DNA of 60,790 nt, counting the filler, from Sphacelaria rigidula (lineage: Eukaryota), in NCBI GenBank assembly GCA_964200075.2. It is 8 parts of 8 records of this genome, joined end to end, with 100 filler letters (N's around TTAATTAATTAA, not from the genome) between each part and the next. Parts side by side here need not be neighbours in the genome. Positions count along the whole stretch, not along the records: positions 22,837 to 30,348 come from CAXNAA020014570.1; positions 30,449 to 37,959 come from CAXNAA020014571.1; positions 38,060 to 45,570 come from CAXNAA020014572.1; 5 more parts are not named here. One strand, written 5' to 3'. The notes under the pieces are model-generated. The model saw only the letters and a list, made by a program, of their open reading frames with translations. It had not been told where the DNA came from and made no database searches. This document shows, in pieces, positions 26,742 to 39,201 of this stretch. The position numbers and the translations under genes are program-made. Position 1 is the stretch's first letter. The number at the start of each line of letters is the position of its first letter.

Positions 26742-26816
26742 GACTAATTAATATAGTGGTCAGTACACCACATTGTGACTGTGGAAACCCGAGTTCGATT
26801 CTCGGATTGGTCACCA
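26742..26816 (+). tRNA. tRNA-His(GUG) copy with encoded 3' CCA (probably retro-copied / pseudo-tRNA)
   Basis: Acceptor GACTAAT/ATTGGTC, D-loop AGTGGTCA, anticodon arm CCACA-TTGTGAC-TGTGG (GTG at 26775-26777), T-arm CCGAG-TTCGATT-CTCGG, discriminator A 26813, CCA 26814-26816. Has an A10:C25 mismatch and A37. Confidence 0.85.
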
Positions 26817-27274
26817 TGTCACGGTTCGATACTCACAGTCAAGGGGTGTAAGGTGCCAGTTCGTGGGCACCTGGGCCGTCGAGCCCAAACACAATCAAGT
26901 GTATCGGTCCGTTGAGCTCGACTTTCCTGAGTGTAAGTCAGCCGACAGTTTGTACCGTCGGGCGGCATACCCTTGAGCAGCACAGACGACAGAACAACAT
27001 CTGTTGCATGGAAGTCAGGCTTGCACTATGAGAAGACCAGAGATCCCTCTGATATCGCAGGCCGTGATGGTGTGAATGCTTCTTGTATCATCGACGAACA
27101 GAGGCTAATAGCTGCCGTGCTTGGTGAGATGCCTTTCCTAAAACGTTGTCCGCACATGAGGGCACACAGCCAAATTGTTTGACACAATGTAGTATGACCC
27201 ATCGGATACCAAGCATAACAAAGTATGACACATGGAACCTAGTCGGCTGGAAAGTGACCAATAAATCTGTAACA
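26817..27274 (-). mobile_element. Ty3/gypsy LTR (3' LTR of the adjacent integrase fragment)
   Basis: Minus strand TGTTACAG...CCGTGACA, immediately followed by TGG (PBS signature) and preceded by a weak PPT, AAAGGGTGTC. The 27274 boundary is less certain. Confidence 0.6.
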
Positions 27275-27399
27275 GACACCCTTTGAAGCAGAGTTCAAAA
27301 CTCACGAAAAATCTTCTGCGGCGTTTGGTGTTTGGATGACCAAACACACGTAGAAAATACATGAATTAGAAGGCAAGGTTCTAACCGCTAGCCGGCGTG

Positions 27400-28580
27400 A
27401 AAGTTTATTTCTACATAACCTCCAAAAGTTTCATGGAACGGGGGGGCGATGTGGGAACCACCACATAAAATGAACAAATTCCCGCAAGTGTCTGTCAAGG
27501 AACCACCTTTTCACACATTTCCCTGAAGGTCGCGAGGGAGATCAAGATAAAGCAGATTGTCGCCAACAGGTTTTCCATCAGGGGATGATGGCGATGGCCC
27601 GGCTCCCACGATCTTAAATTGTCCTGTCCAGTTGAGCGATAATTTATTGAGTCTTCAAGACTGTCTCGTTGGCGGCTATATCGGCGCCTTGGCGGATGGT
27701 CGACAATCTGTTGTCAACCAAGACCCAATCGCCAACTCCCACGCGGGCCGTTTGGACATCAAGTTGTAGAGAGCAGTATTGAACCTCTCAAGGCGCGAGG
27801 CGTTGATAGCGTGTTGTTCATGCACAAGAGTGAAGGTCTGTTGCTCGAACACTGTGATGGGCAAGCGGGGGTAGTGTCCGAGGTGCAGTTCGTTCGGAGA
27901 AACGTTGGTAGCGGCGTTGACTGAGTGGTTGAAAGACAGCATGACATGTGAAAGATGGAGATCCAGATCGTTTTGACAATTGTTGATAACCACAGGGAGC
28001 ATCTGAGCCGTGGTGTGTTCAAGTCTTTGAGTGCCACCATTACCATTTGGGTGGTAAGCGCTCTTGCGTATGCCCAAGAGCCAATAGAGTTTGTCCGAGA
28101 GGTCTGGGCAGAATTGCTGACCATTGTCGGAGAGGAGCCGTTTCGGACAGCCATAGTGATTAATGTGTTCGTGAACTAGGGTGTCAGCTGTGCCTGCGGA
28201 TATGAAGTCTCCAGCGGTTTACTGCGTACATGGGCGCATGGCGGCTGATTCGGTCGGTGAGGGGTAAAATGTAGATGTTGCCACGATTGGTCGTTGGTGA
28301 AGGACCGAAATAGTCAAACGGTACAAGGTGACCAGGGGTGTTGGGAGGTTCCGTAGAGATGACGGGCCAACGTATTGTCCGCCGTGAGGTTTTGCAGGCT
28401 TGGCACTTGAATCATCGCCGAATCCAAAAGCGGGTGGCGACTTCCATGCCGATCCATCAGTAGAAATGTTCAAGTAGCGCCAAGGTGCGCGTGACACCAA
28501 GGTGGCATAACAAGTCAGTGTGGCAGCCTTTCATGACCCACGGGTGCATCAAAAATGGAAAATATATGCGGGTGGGCTCG
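27400..28580 (-). pseudogene. Ty3/gypsy integrase (HHCC finger plus core), frameshifted
   Basis: GCHTDLLCHLGVTRTL...FY*WIGM...KCQACK, FDYFGP, LTDRISRH, SAYHPNGNGG, FNHSVNAATNVSPNELHLGHYPRLP. Confidence 0.9.
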
Positions 28581-28582
28581 TC

Positions 28583-30348
28583 TGTTGGAATATTCAATGT
28601 CAGTCATTGGTAACGACTACTATCTATCGTAGGTTATCGTAAACAAGATTGAAACCATTTGAGTGTTCCAGAAATAGTATGTGGTATATTCTGCGGTACA
28701 TTATGTTTCCAGAACAAGTTGTCGGGGGATTAATCGGGAGTTATCGGTTGCAATATCCCGCGAGTGTTCTAGACGTGTGGAAGTTCTGGAAGTTCATTAG
28801 CTGATCGGTAGGCTCGCACACTTGGTGCTCGCCCACCTGATCACTCCTCTACTACTTCTCTCCTCATACTCTTCTCTTCTATGGGTTAGAGTCTTCGGCC
28901 ACATAAGCGCCAAGTTTAACATCTCCATTCTCAAGTCAAGTGCCTTAACCGTCACTCTCTGCACCTCTGCATAAACTGCAGAAGACAGTTGCCACATCGG
29001 CGCACCATCAAGAGTGAAGCCATATTCCTTCAGGTTATGAGCCTCGAGCTTCATCAATAAGCAGAGCAAGGAGCCACAGCGTCGTCAGCGATCAACACGT
29101 TCTCAAGAGGATCGGCACCCCTCTTCCAAGCAGAAGACGGATATCGCACCAACGGGAACTTCAAGTCCCTTCTCGTCAATCAAATTGAAGTTCTGTGGAG
29201 GTCCATCAAGATCAGGCGCGTCGGCATCATCCACGTCGCCAAGGCATCACTACAGCAGTTCAACGGAGTCAGCTCAAGACTACATCTCCACGCTCCTCTC
29301 GCTAGTGAGCATCTTCGGTCATCAACAAGATTGACAATCGACCGCCTCGCATCGGCAAGTTCCGAGCTATTCCTCCGCATTTTTGTTGCGTGAAAGTTTA
29401 TCCGAGAAAAGAGAGATATGTCGTCATCAGCTACGACACTCAGCTACGTCGTCTTCAGCTACGACATCATCACTTCGGCAGGTTCTTCTAGCAACACTAG
29501 CCAAAAGGCACGGACTTCGGATCCATCAAGCCTATCAACTGGCATTCGCAGCCAACACCCGTAGGTAACTCAAACCTGGGTGCATCATCATCTTCTGTTG
29601 AGGGATTGTCAGTTTCTCTTGGAATTTTCAACGTCATCGTACGACTGCTGTACGAGTACACGTCATCTACACGGACGGCAACAGCAACAGCAACAGCAAC
29701 AGTAGCAGGATCACCGCACCATGAGGGAGCCATTGACAAATGCTGCTGCGGCGGACGCAGTGGATAAGTTCCACTGCGTCTCGCTCGCAACGGTTTTTTC
29801 ACCACCATAGGTATCTTTTTTCACTCCGCATGTCAAGAAGGTCTGCACAAGTGTTTGATGTCTCATACACCCCCCTCCCAACTGGCGTCTCGCACGCTCT
29901 TATAGTCGCTAAGCACCCAGAGGGTCGCTCACATACATGTCGGGTAAAATCAACGATGAAGAACACCCCCCAAGTTCAAGACGGATATATCTGTTGTTTT
30001 CGCCGCCCCACCGCCCTTGCTGGCATGTGTGTGACAGAGAACAGTAGTAGCGGTGACGGGAACATTGCCCTATTTTTCAACGACATGTTTGTCATCGCAC
30101 AGAGGCGCGTCCTCTCCAAAAAGAGAGGCAGAGAGGAATCGATCTTCGCATTGGTGAGCTCGACAGGCAAGAAGAGACGGAATCTCTCCGCACCTCGATG
30201 TTCTGGAACATGGAAAACTGGGTACATACTGATAGTATCGATGATGTCGGTCTCTCGAGCGATTGATAAGCGAGGGCACACAAAGGACACGGGCGAGGAG
30301 CTTCCTCTCTATCGTCGCTTCTCTCTCTGGTGATATCGTCATCGACAC
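28583..30348 (+). mobile_element. Nested Ty1/copia-type element, 5' part (LTR 28583-29032, PBS 29033-29043, decayed leader/gag)
   Basis: TGTTGGAATAT ... ATATTCCTTCA terminal inverted repeat, followed directly by GGTTATGAGCC. It begins where the gypsy pol homology stops and is truncated by the contig end. Confidence 0.7.
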
Positions 30349-31404
30349 NNNNNNNNNNNNNNNNNNNNNNNNNNNNNNNNNNNNNNNNNNNNTTAATTAA
30401 TTAANNNNNNNNNNNNNNNNNNNNNNNNNNNNNNNNNNNNNNNNNNNNCCATACTGCCTGACACCGTTTGGAACCAAAAACAAGCGCAACGTAGGTGTGT
30501 GGAAGGATGTCTGGCACACTTATGAGCCTCTTTTTTCGTGCAACCAAGTACCCCCCCCGCTATCGTAGGATGACTCATAAAAATTAAAATTCGTGCTCAT
30601 TAAGCTTTAATTCTTTGCATAACTTCTGAGCCAAGTAAGGCTAAGTTATATTTATGGGTTTCGGCAATACATTATACATCGCTCTTCCACGACAAGAACA
30701 AGACCAGACCAATACCACAATGCTCTGCAATGCTTGCTCAATCAAGCTTAACGTATCTATCTGCCCCGTCAATTTGCGTCAAATGTGCGTCGCATCTTGT
30801 GGTGGCAGATAGGGCCAACAATCAGGAGCGCTGCCTCATCCAAGTCTCCTCAAAATGGCTATTTATTGAGTGTTTCTTAATGTGAAAAAAACAAAAAATT
30901 TACGACCGCCAGAAGGGGGAGGGGGGAGGGAGGGGTGTACTCATGATCATGCATGTCATAGTCATAAGACCAATTGGGGAGGAGGAGGGGGGTGTACATA
31001 GAGTCTCGGAGGTTTTTTGGGGCACTCCTGCGTCATCTAAGACTTTCAGCTCCTCAATGTGAGGGGTGACATTTCCGACAATTTTTCACATTTTCGAAGG
31101 AAAAACAAGCCAAATAATGCAATTTTTGTCGCCTCCGGCAGCACTCGCGCGGGACCCCCTCACCAGCCGCGGGGGGGCGTTGGCGGCTCGCGGCGGCTGC
31201 GACGATTAACCGGAAAACAATCGATGTACTGGCCGCGCCAGCGGCCAGTTTAAAATTAAGTGGCCAGAGCAGCCAGTTCACAGCCCTATCAAATGCGTAT
31301 CTGACACATTGGAAAGGCTATTTTTCCTTCCGGTGTCATGCGGTAGGTATACGTGGCTATCAATCATACAAGAAGCTTCTCCTCACTTGTTTGCAGATTG
31401 ATTG

Positions 31405-31736
31405 TGTCAGAGAATGAGGCTGTGAAGCCATGCTCTTCAAAGCTTCGTATGGTATTGACTATATATATATGTAGTGTTGGAATCGCAGGTACCGGTCACG
31501 AAGGTTTGGTCTGATGTGGGGGCGTATAATGTGGGATAGCAGCTGTTATACATAAAATACTCTTCTCTTTGACCGTGTACCCTGGTGGGTTGTTTGTATT
31601 GTCTTGCCCACAAGTGGCACCTTGAACACTATCTTCTGTCTACCCTCCGAAGCAGCCTGTCTGCTTGCTTGGCTTAACCGCCATTGCGCCAACTCTAGCG
31701 ACCACGACGAAGGGGTTCCGAGTGAATCCTCCAACA
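31405..31736 (+). repeat. 5' LTR of the copia element (332 bp)
   Basis: TGTCAGAGAATGAGGC...CCTCCAACA; direct repeat of 36470-36799. Confidence 0.93.
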
Positions 31737-32473
31737 GGTTTATTAAGCCTCGATTCGTGTCGGTGCTGACGGAGCGGACGTTGGACCTTGGAAAGAAGGA
31801 AGGAAGGGCAGCAGCAAAAGGACAGATCTTTGCTGGAAAACAACGTGAGTTGCGTCATAGTAAGACGGCACTGTGTGTGTCTGGCACTACAACAGTGCGT
31901 TGCGTTACGATTGAGGACGGCACTCACTTTGTGCGCACCTGGCATCATCGCAGTACGGAGATATCGCTGCGGTACGAAGTGATAATTGTTGAAAAAGCGG
32001 GACAACCGCAGGTGATCAGGAGCAGCTTTGCAGCTGTGACGACACGCATCTACTCTCGACTGGCGCTACAGCAGGGTACCACAACCTGAACCGAGTAGGG
32101 CGTGTGATCTATTCTTTGAAGAGACGACAACAGCGTGCGCAGGCAGTACCACGGCTGACCTGCGGAAACAGTAACAGTCAGTAGTCGGATCCTTCTTCGG
32201 AAACAATTTTTTCCGCACCTACTACAGAAATGCACAACTATGCGCAGTGTTTGTAGCATCTTGTACACTGACTGTCTATCTACACCTGTCAGGCTGCCCA
32301 AGATTAGCGGCGTTCTGGGGGGGACATATCTGGGTTCGATCCATCTGCATTCTTTTTTTTCGTGACCTCCCTCGACAAGTCAAGCGGCGGTGATCAAGGC
32401 CGATTGTGTGGTGGTATCGGAACACGTTATAGTACACTCGTTACGTTGGAGCAAAGCGACGAGGAGGATTATC

Positions 32474-35400
32474 ATGGCGGGCAATGAGAGTATTCGTGTG
32501 AGAGGCGCAATTTTAATTTGTCGGACCTCAGATACATGGTCAGCACCATGTATGCTGACTACCTTTCACGACCGTATGCCACCAACTCGGTCGCAGGCCG
32601 CGGGGTTGGTATGCAGGCTAGTGGACGGAATGGTGGCAAAAACAGAAATCAAGTAACATGCTACCACTGCGGAAAGCAAGGTCACGTTAGGAGAAATTGC
32701 CCCGCCCGAAGTGCGACCCGAGCACTGACAGGGGGAGGCGGTCAGGACGGGGGAAACAATGGGAATATAGCCAAGTGGTGCTCTTTCCACAGGTCAACAA
32801 CCCACAGCGAAGAAGAGCGCCATTCCTTGCAACAGCGCAACCAGCAGACAACCAATGTCGCACAATAGCCAGGGTATCCACCAGCCACCGGTACAAGGGA
32901 GCACCCTCCCGTCATCTCCTTCAATGCCCTAGAGGCGCCCAAAGCGAACCATCCCCAAGCGGACAACCTTTGGCCTTTCGCTCCAACGAGCAAACCCGTT
33001 GCCTCTTTTGACAGCAGCGGCCTCTTCGGCGCCTTCGAAGGGACCGACGGAGAGGAGGCCGGGGATCCGGGGTTCTGGCGCAGAGTTCGCAATCTACTGT
33101 GGGGAATCAGGGAGACACTTTCCCCACTAGTGCGCGCTCTGGCCGTAATAGCCGTAGTCCACTACGTCTGGTTGATGTTCGGGAACTCATTATACCCCCG
33201 GGCCACGTCGAACCTCGACGACACCGCTGAAACGTTTGGCGGAATCACCGATGCTGATGATGGGACGGCTCTGTAATCTTCTCAAAAACGTCGGAAGCAA
33301 CGGGGTGGATTTCGGTGGAGCCGTTCCGGTCTGTGATATTTGTGCTGTTGGGAAAAGTCATCAACTGGCCCACCCGAAGACAGCCAACAACAAAGTGCAA
33401 CGCGCTTTTCAACTAGTCATGACAGATTTGATGGGACCGATCATGCTCCATCGGAGGCGCTGGGACCCTTCAAGTGCGTCTGCAAGATCTCCGATGAGTA
33501 TACCAGATGGACAGAGATTTACCTCCAAAAAATCAAGGACGGCACTCTTCATGCATTTCAGTCCTACGTACAGTCAATGGTCATTCCTGGCGGTGCTCGG
33601 GTCGAACGACTAAGGGCAGACAAAGGCGGTGAGTTAATTGGCAACGACTTCAAGTCGTACTGTCGATAGACAGGCGTATTGCTGGAGTTTGTAAGCACCA
33701 ATACACCACAACAAATCGGCCTGTGAGAACGCGTAGGAAGGACGCTTGCACCCATGGTCCGGTGCATGCTCGCTGACAGTGGTTTGACGACTTTTCTCTG
33801 GGGGAAATTGATGTTCACAGCGGCCTATCTTGCAAACAGATCACCGCATTCGGCGCTTGACATGCAGTTGCCTCATAAGATGCTGAAGGGGACAGAACCG
33901 GATCTCACACATCTTCGACTCGCCGGAGCCAGGGCTTGCGCACATATCGAGCGGCATACTTCGAAACTTGCTCTCAAAGCAGTCGAAGGACGACTAGTTG
34001 GGTACAGTAATGACAGTAAGAGCTACCGAGTCTATAACCCGGCCACCCGACGTATCATTGAGAGCAGGAACGTCGTCTTCATCGAGACTCCGACACACCT
34101 TGCCACGACGGGAGAGCCACAACTTCGGATACACTCATTTTCACTTGGTGACCAGGACTCCAGCAACAGAGAGAACCACAATGACAGCACTGACGACGAC
34201 TTCTTCCGTGATCTTCGCGATCACACCTCCGTACTAGCTCAACCGGCTTACGCCTCCGTTGATCATATCACTGCCAGCGGGATCTCTAACGATCCACAGG
34301 TGGCCGAGCTTCTGGAGAGAATCAGCGCCTTCACCAAGCGGGACATGCTGCACGACGATTACACACCTCGTGAAGAGACGTCACCAACAGCATCACCGGA
34401 GAGCCATGCGCCGCTTGAACAAACTGCACCCCCTTCTCGGGACGAAGTTAGGCAGTCCACATCATCAGCCGAATCACCACTGCTCAACCGCTCTCGACAC
34501 TCTCGCCATCAAGCACCTCCCGCCGTGACGTGCGCAGGCATTGCAGCGCGCTCCTTCAGGGAACGCAACACCAACAACGACGGCGCAGCTTCTGCGCACC
34601 TTTCAGTTACTGTGGACAACAAAATTCTCTCCGAGCTACGGCGACTGCAAATACACACCAACGCGCTCCTACCAGATGTCGTGCACCAGACGTATGGGGC
34701 GGAATCAGTCGTGGAGTATGCCTACACAACTACCAACCTCTCGAGCTGTCCAGTGGGGGAGAAAACCGAAAGAATCCCAAACACGTTCAATGAGGCCATG
34801 AGTCTCCCCGAAAAGGAACAATGAAAGGCGGCATCAGATAAGGAGATGTATTGCCTAAGAAGGAACAACGTGTATACTCTAGTGCTGTCAAGCTTCGTCC
34901 CAACTGGACACAGGTTGATCGGGTCTCGATGGGTGTACAAGAAGAAAGCGGATTTCTTGCACAAGGCCCGAGTCGTCGTGCAGGGTTGGGGACAAGTCCC
35001 TGGCGTCGACTTTGGCAGCACTTTCGCACCGGTCTGCAGGATCCAAAGCATCCGCATGGTATTAGCTGTAGCGGCGGAGTATGACTTAAGTGTTGGCAAT
35101 TGGACTATAACACCGCCTTTCTGAACGCCGAACTCAAGGAAGACGTTTACGTCAAAATGGCGCCAGGATACGAGGAGTTTGACGCCAATAGAACTTCGAT
35201 GGTAATGCGACTCCACAAAAGTCTCTATGGCCTCCGTCAAAGTCCAAACTGCTGGTGGGAAACGGTTGACACACACCTAGCGGAGATTGGACTCACGAGC
35301 CTTGAGTTGGACCCTTGCGAGTACATATACCAAGGGAACGGCGACGTCTACATTTTTACTTCATACGTCGATGATGTCCTACTGCTTGGGAAAGATGTCA

Positions 35401-36326
35401 AAGTGCTGGGAAGTATCAAGCATAAACTGATGGGACGTTTCTCGATGACGGACATGGGGGATGCATCGTTAGTGCTGGGAATAAAGGTTGTTCGTGATCG
35501 CGTTAGGAAGACAGTCACCATCAGCCAGAAAAGTCACACCAAGTCCCTCCTGGAACGAGACGAGGTGGCGAATTGCAACCCAGCGTACACTCCCGGTGTG
35601 TGACAAGAACTATCTATCACTGGACCAGCCGAGGGAGCTTTGAACGACGAGGACAAAACGCGTTTCCAGGCCATTACGGGCAGTGTGTTGTATCTCGCTC
35701 ACGTGACACGCTACGGCGTTGGATACGCCGTGAATCAACTGGCGTGGGCGATGTCCAATCCGTCGAAGGCGCATATGGCAGCTGCAAAACACTTACTTCG
35801 ATATTTGGCCGGCACTACAGATCATGTCATAACCTACAACCAGGGCGGTTTCCAATTGACGGCGTTCTCAGATGCGAACTGGGGTAACAACCCAGACAAT
35901 GGGAAATCCACATCATCATATCTTATCTTTTTCTCGAATGGCCCCATCAGTTTTAAGGTAGGATTACAAGGACTCACCGCGAAATCGACGATGGAAACGG
36001 AACTCGTGGCCGCTGCAGTCACCATGAAGGAAGACATATTTTGCTCGAATATGAAGCGGGAAATGGGATTTGGCACACGCTTCGACTCCGTTCCTGTCTA
36101 CATCGACAATACTTCAACTCTCCACGTCGCAGGCAACCGAACTTGCAGCTCGAGAGTCAAGCACGTAGCTCTACGGTACTTCTTCATTCAGGAATTAGTC
36201 AAGGAGGGAAGGATCGACATTCGTTACGTCAAGACCGAAGACCAACTTGCAGACATGGGGACCAAGTACCTCAGCAAACACAGGCACCGCCATCTCGTCA
36301 AGCTGATCAGTACATTCAAAATATGA
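32474..36326 (+). pseudogene. Copia gag-pol pseudogene
   Basis: Zinc knuckle CYHCGKQGHVRRNC; CDICAVGK; integrase TDLMGP, DEYTR, LRADKGGE, TPQQIGL*ER; RT DYNTAFLN, KSLYGLRQS, YVDD; RNase H FSDANW, DNTS, QLAD. Has in-frame stops (32866, 33724, 34822, 35601) and frameshifts. Confidence 0.93.
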
Positions 36327-36469
36327 GTACAGCCTGGTTGTAGCTTTGAGTTCTTATTTCGTCCATGAGTGCCGGAACGGTTGTACTGATGTGGGTGTTT
36401 GAAACTAGTACGTATTTGCATTGAGGAGGAGCGTGAAGGGTTAAGAGTGATACTTGCGTTGAGAGGGAG

Positions 36470-36799
36470 TATTAGAAAATGAGGCTGTGAAGCCATGCTC
36501 TTCAAAGCTTCGTATGGTGTTGACCTTGTATATGTAGTGTTGGGATCGCAGGTACCGGTCACGAAAGTTTGGTCTGATGTGGGGGCGTATAATGTGGGAT
36601 AGCAGTTGTTATACATAAAATACTCTTCTCTTTGACCGTGTACCCTGGTGGGTTGTTTGTATTGTCTTGCCCACAAGTGGCACCTTGAACACTATCTTCT
36701 GTCTACCCTCCGAAGCAGCCTGTCTGCTTGCTTGGCTTAACCGCCATTGCGCCAACTCTAGCGACCACGACGAAGGGGTTCCGAGTGAATCCTCCAACA
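36470..36799 (+). repeat. 3' LTR of the copia element (330 bp)
   Basis: TATTAGAAAATGAGGC...CCTCCAACA following the PPT. Confidence 0.93.
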
Positions 36800-38190
36800 G
36801 CTTGATCCTCATTTGTTGCTCCCTCGCATGAGATTGATCACCGATATCATGCTGAAACGGTCCATCATGTCACACTGAACGCTTTTTCATTATTGCATGT
36901 AATCCTAAATGTCAATATGATGTGACCATGTCACCACACTCCGCCGAGTACTTTGATGTTGCCCACTTACTTGCTGTATCCTTCCTTCCCAGGTGGCTAT
37001 CCCTCAGGCGCCGTTCGCTCTGCTTCCCGCACTGCCTGTGCTGCAGCGATCGACTCTATTCACGCTGTGGTTTCTGTGCTGTACTTCTGCACTACCGTGG
37101 TGCAGTGCATGCACTTTACTATTAATATTATGGAAGTTGCTCTCTACCCGCATCGTAGCCTCGCAACAATGCACAGCGTCTGAGCGACCAGCGGTGATCC
37201 AAATGCTACTGTAATAGTCGTTTGCCATTTACGGTACGTCGCAGTAACCTCGAATTTTGTTGGCCCAAGAGTCGGTTAAAAACATATTTCGGGACACCCA
37301 GGCCCCACGATTGAAAATTCGAGTTTGTGAGGGGGGCGGGGGGGAACATCGAGCTTGCTTTCTCCTAGATTATTGCCGAGGCATTGGCGGATGCGATCAG
37401 CTACCGTGTACAGAGATCCTTGGCATGGAGACCGCCGAGATGATGGACACACCGCCCCTCCAAGCTCATCACCTACCATGATTACATTGATGGGATCATG
37501 TTCCGTATCGTGTGCCGCCTAGACTCCCCACCACTAGTCCGGGAAAAATTTAGCGAAGGGTGAGATCATGTTGCTACTTTGGCCACAGGCTGTCGCTGAC
37601 GTGCGCTCGTGTATCGTACATAGATGTGTGTGAGCGTTGCTGGCATTCGAGGTCATCGGGACAGGGCGGGCAATAAGGAGCAGAAGCAAATATACGAGCC
37701 CCGCAAAGCCCGCCAGACTTGTCGGTTTTGGAAGTGTTTGTACATATCAATATCGTTCAACAATGTCAACAAAAAAATCACGAAAATTTTCGATAAATTG
37801 CCCTCCGGGAGGGGACACTTTCTACGATAGCCCCCCTCCCCCCCCCCAAAGTTCAGCCTGGTCCGGCGAAAACCCGGCGTGCTCCGTCCCGGCTTTGTAG
37901 GGGCGGACCCCCGATGGGGTTGGCGTCTGTTGGCGATGACACTGTAAAACACGCCACTCNNNNNNNNNNNNNNNNNNNNNNNNNNNNNNNNNNNNNNNNN
38001 NNNTTAATTAATTAANNNNNNNNNNNNNNNNNNNNNNNNNNNNNNNNNNNNNNNNNNNNCGGAAGGGATACGTGGTCAGTGGTCAAACGATTAAGGCAAG
38101 CAACAAATGCGTCCCCCCCCCCCCCCCCACCCCCCCGAAACCGAACAGAACAAGTTCCCCAGCTGCATGCATGCATCTTCACTCTCTCAC

Positions 38191-39143
38191 CTCCCGCGTC
38201 CGCGAAGCTGAAGCCGGCCACAAGCATACTCCAGCTGCGTTCCAGATTTTTTACGGTGCTCTCCGCGAACCGCGGGAACGGGCCCTGCGCGAGCATATTC
38301 TCTACCTGCGTGCACATGCGCGCGCGGGTTGACGAGCGTGTACGTGGAATAATGGGTGTTGGTGATCAAACGACCACGCAATAGTTGACAAACACGAACA
38401 GACCACGACAGCAACGACAACGAAAACGACGACAATAAAAAAACATCAAACATCAAATCAAAATCAACATCAAAATCTACCTATGTCGTCTGTTGTGGAT
38501 GTAAAAGAGCATCGAAATATTTCATCAGCTCAGTCAGCCGCTAGCCCAGCGTGTATGCCCTGGAACACTAGACAAATATTTTATACGAAGTATTTTCGAG
38601 GCTCAATACCCCGCGTACCCTGCAGCACCGGGTGCTGTATTCCGAGTGTTGTACCCTATGAATTCAGGCTACCCCCCCCCGGGTACGTATCCTATCTACG
38701 TACGCCTTAAAGTCCCCAGTACTCGACGGTTCAACTATGATAGGCACTCTTTGGCTACGGAGCACATGGTCTTGTTTCAGCCCGCTAGTTACTCAGTCAG
38801 CTAGTCCTCCTCCATACGTTGTCAACGCGGACGTACGTTTCCATACCTTTGTGCTTCTTTTCTTCCGTTCTCGCCAAAAATGCGGACGGCGATAGGTCTG
38901 GGATTTTTCTTCTCCCACTGTTGGAACATCTGCACGTGTAGTATTTCATATTAATAACTAAATCCCTTCGAAATTATACTGTATCATACCAAAGGCCCCC
39001 CATCATAAAGGTTGACCACGGCCGGGAACACGTTAAGAAACAACTGCTTTCCCATCCGTCACACGAAATCTCACCGGCCGATAAATCATGATTCTTCCAA
39101 AATCGCTATAATGAATCTTCTTCGTCGCCATAGGTTCGCGCCC

Positions 39144-39201
<58 letters not shown>

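Larger units (their letters stand above)
31405..36799 (+). mobile_element. Full-length, defective Ty1/copia LTR retrotransposon
   Basis: Two LTRs, TSD GATTG/GCTTG, degenerate PBS GGTTTATTAAGCC, PPT GAGAGGGAG (36461-36469), and copia domain order IN-RT-RH. Confidence 0.95.
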
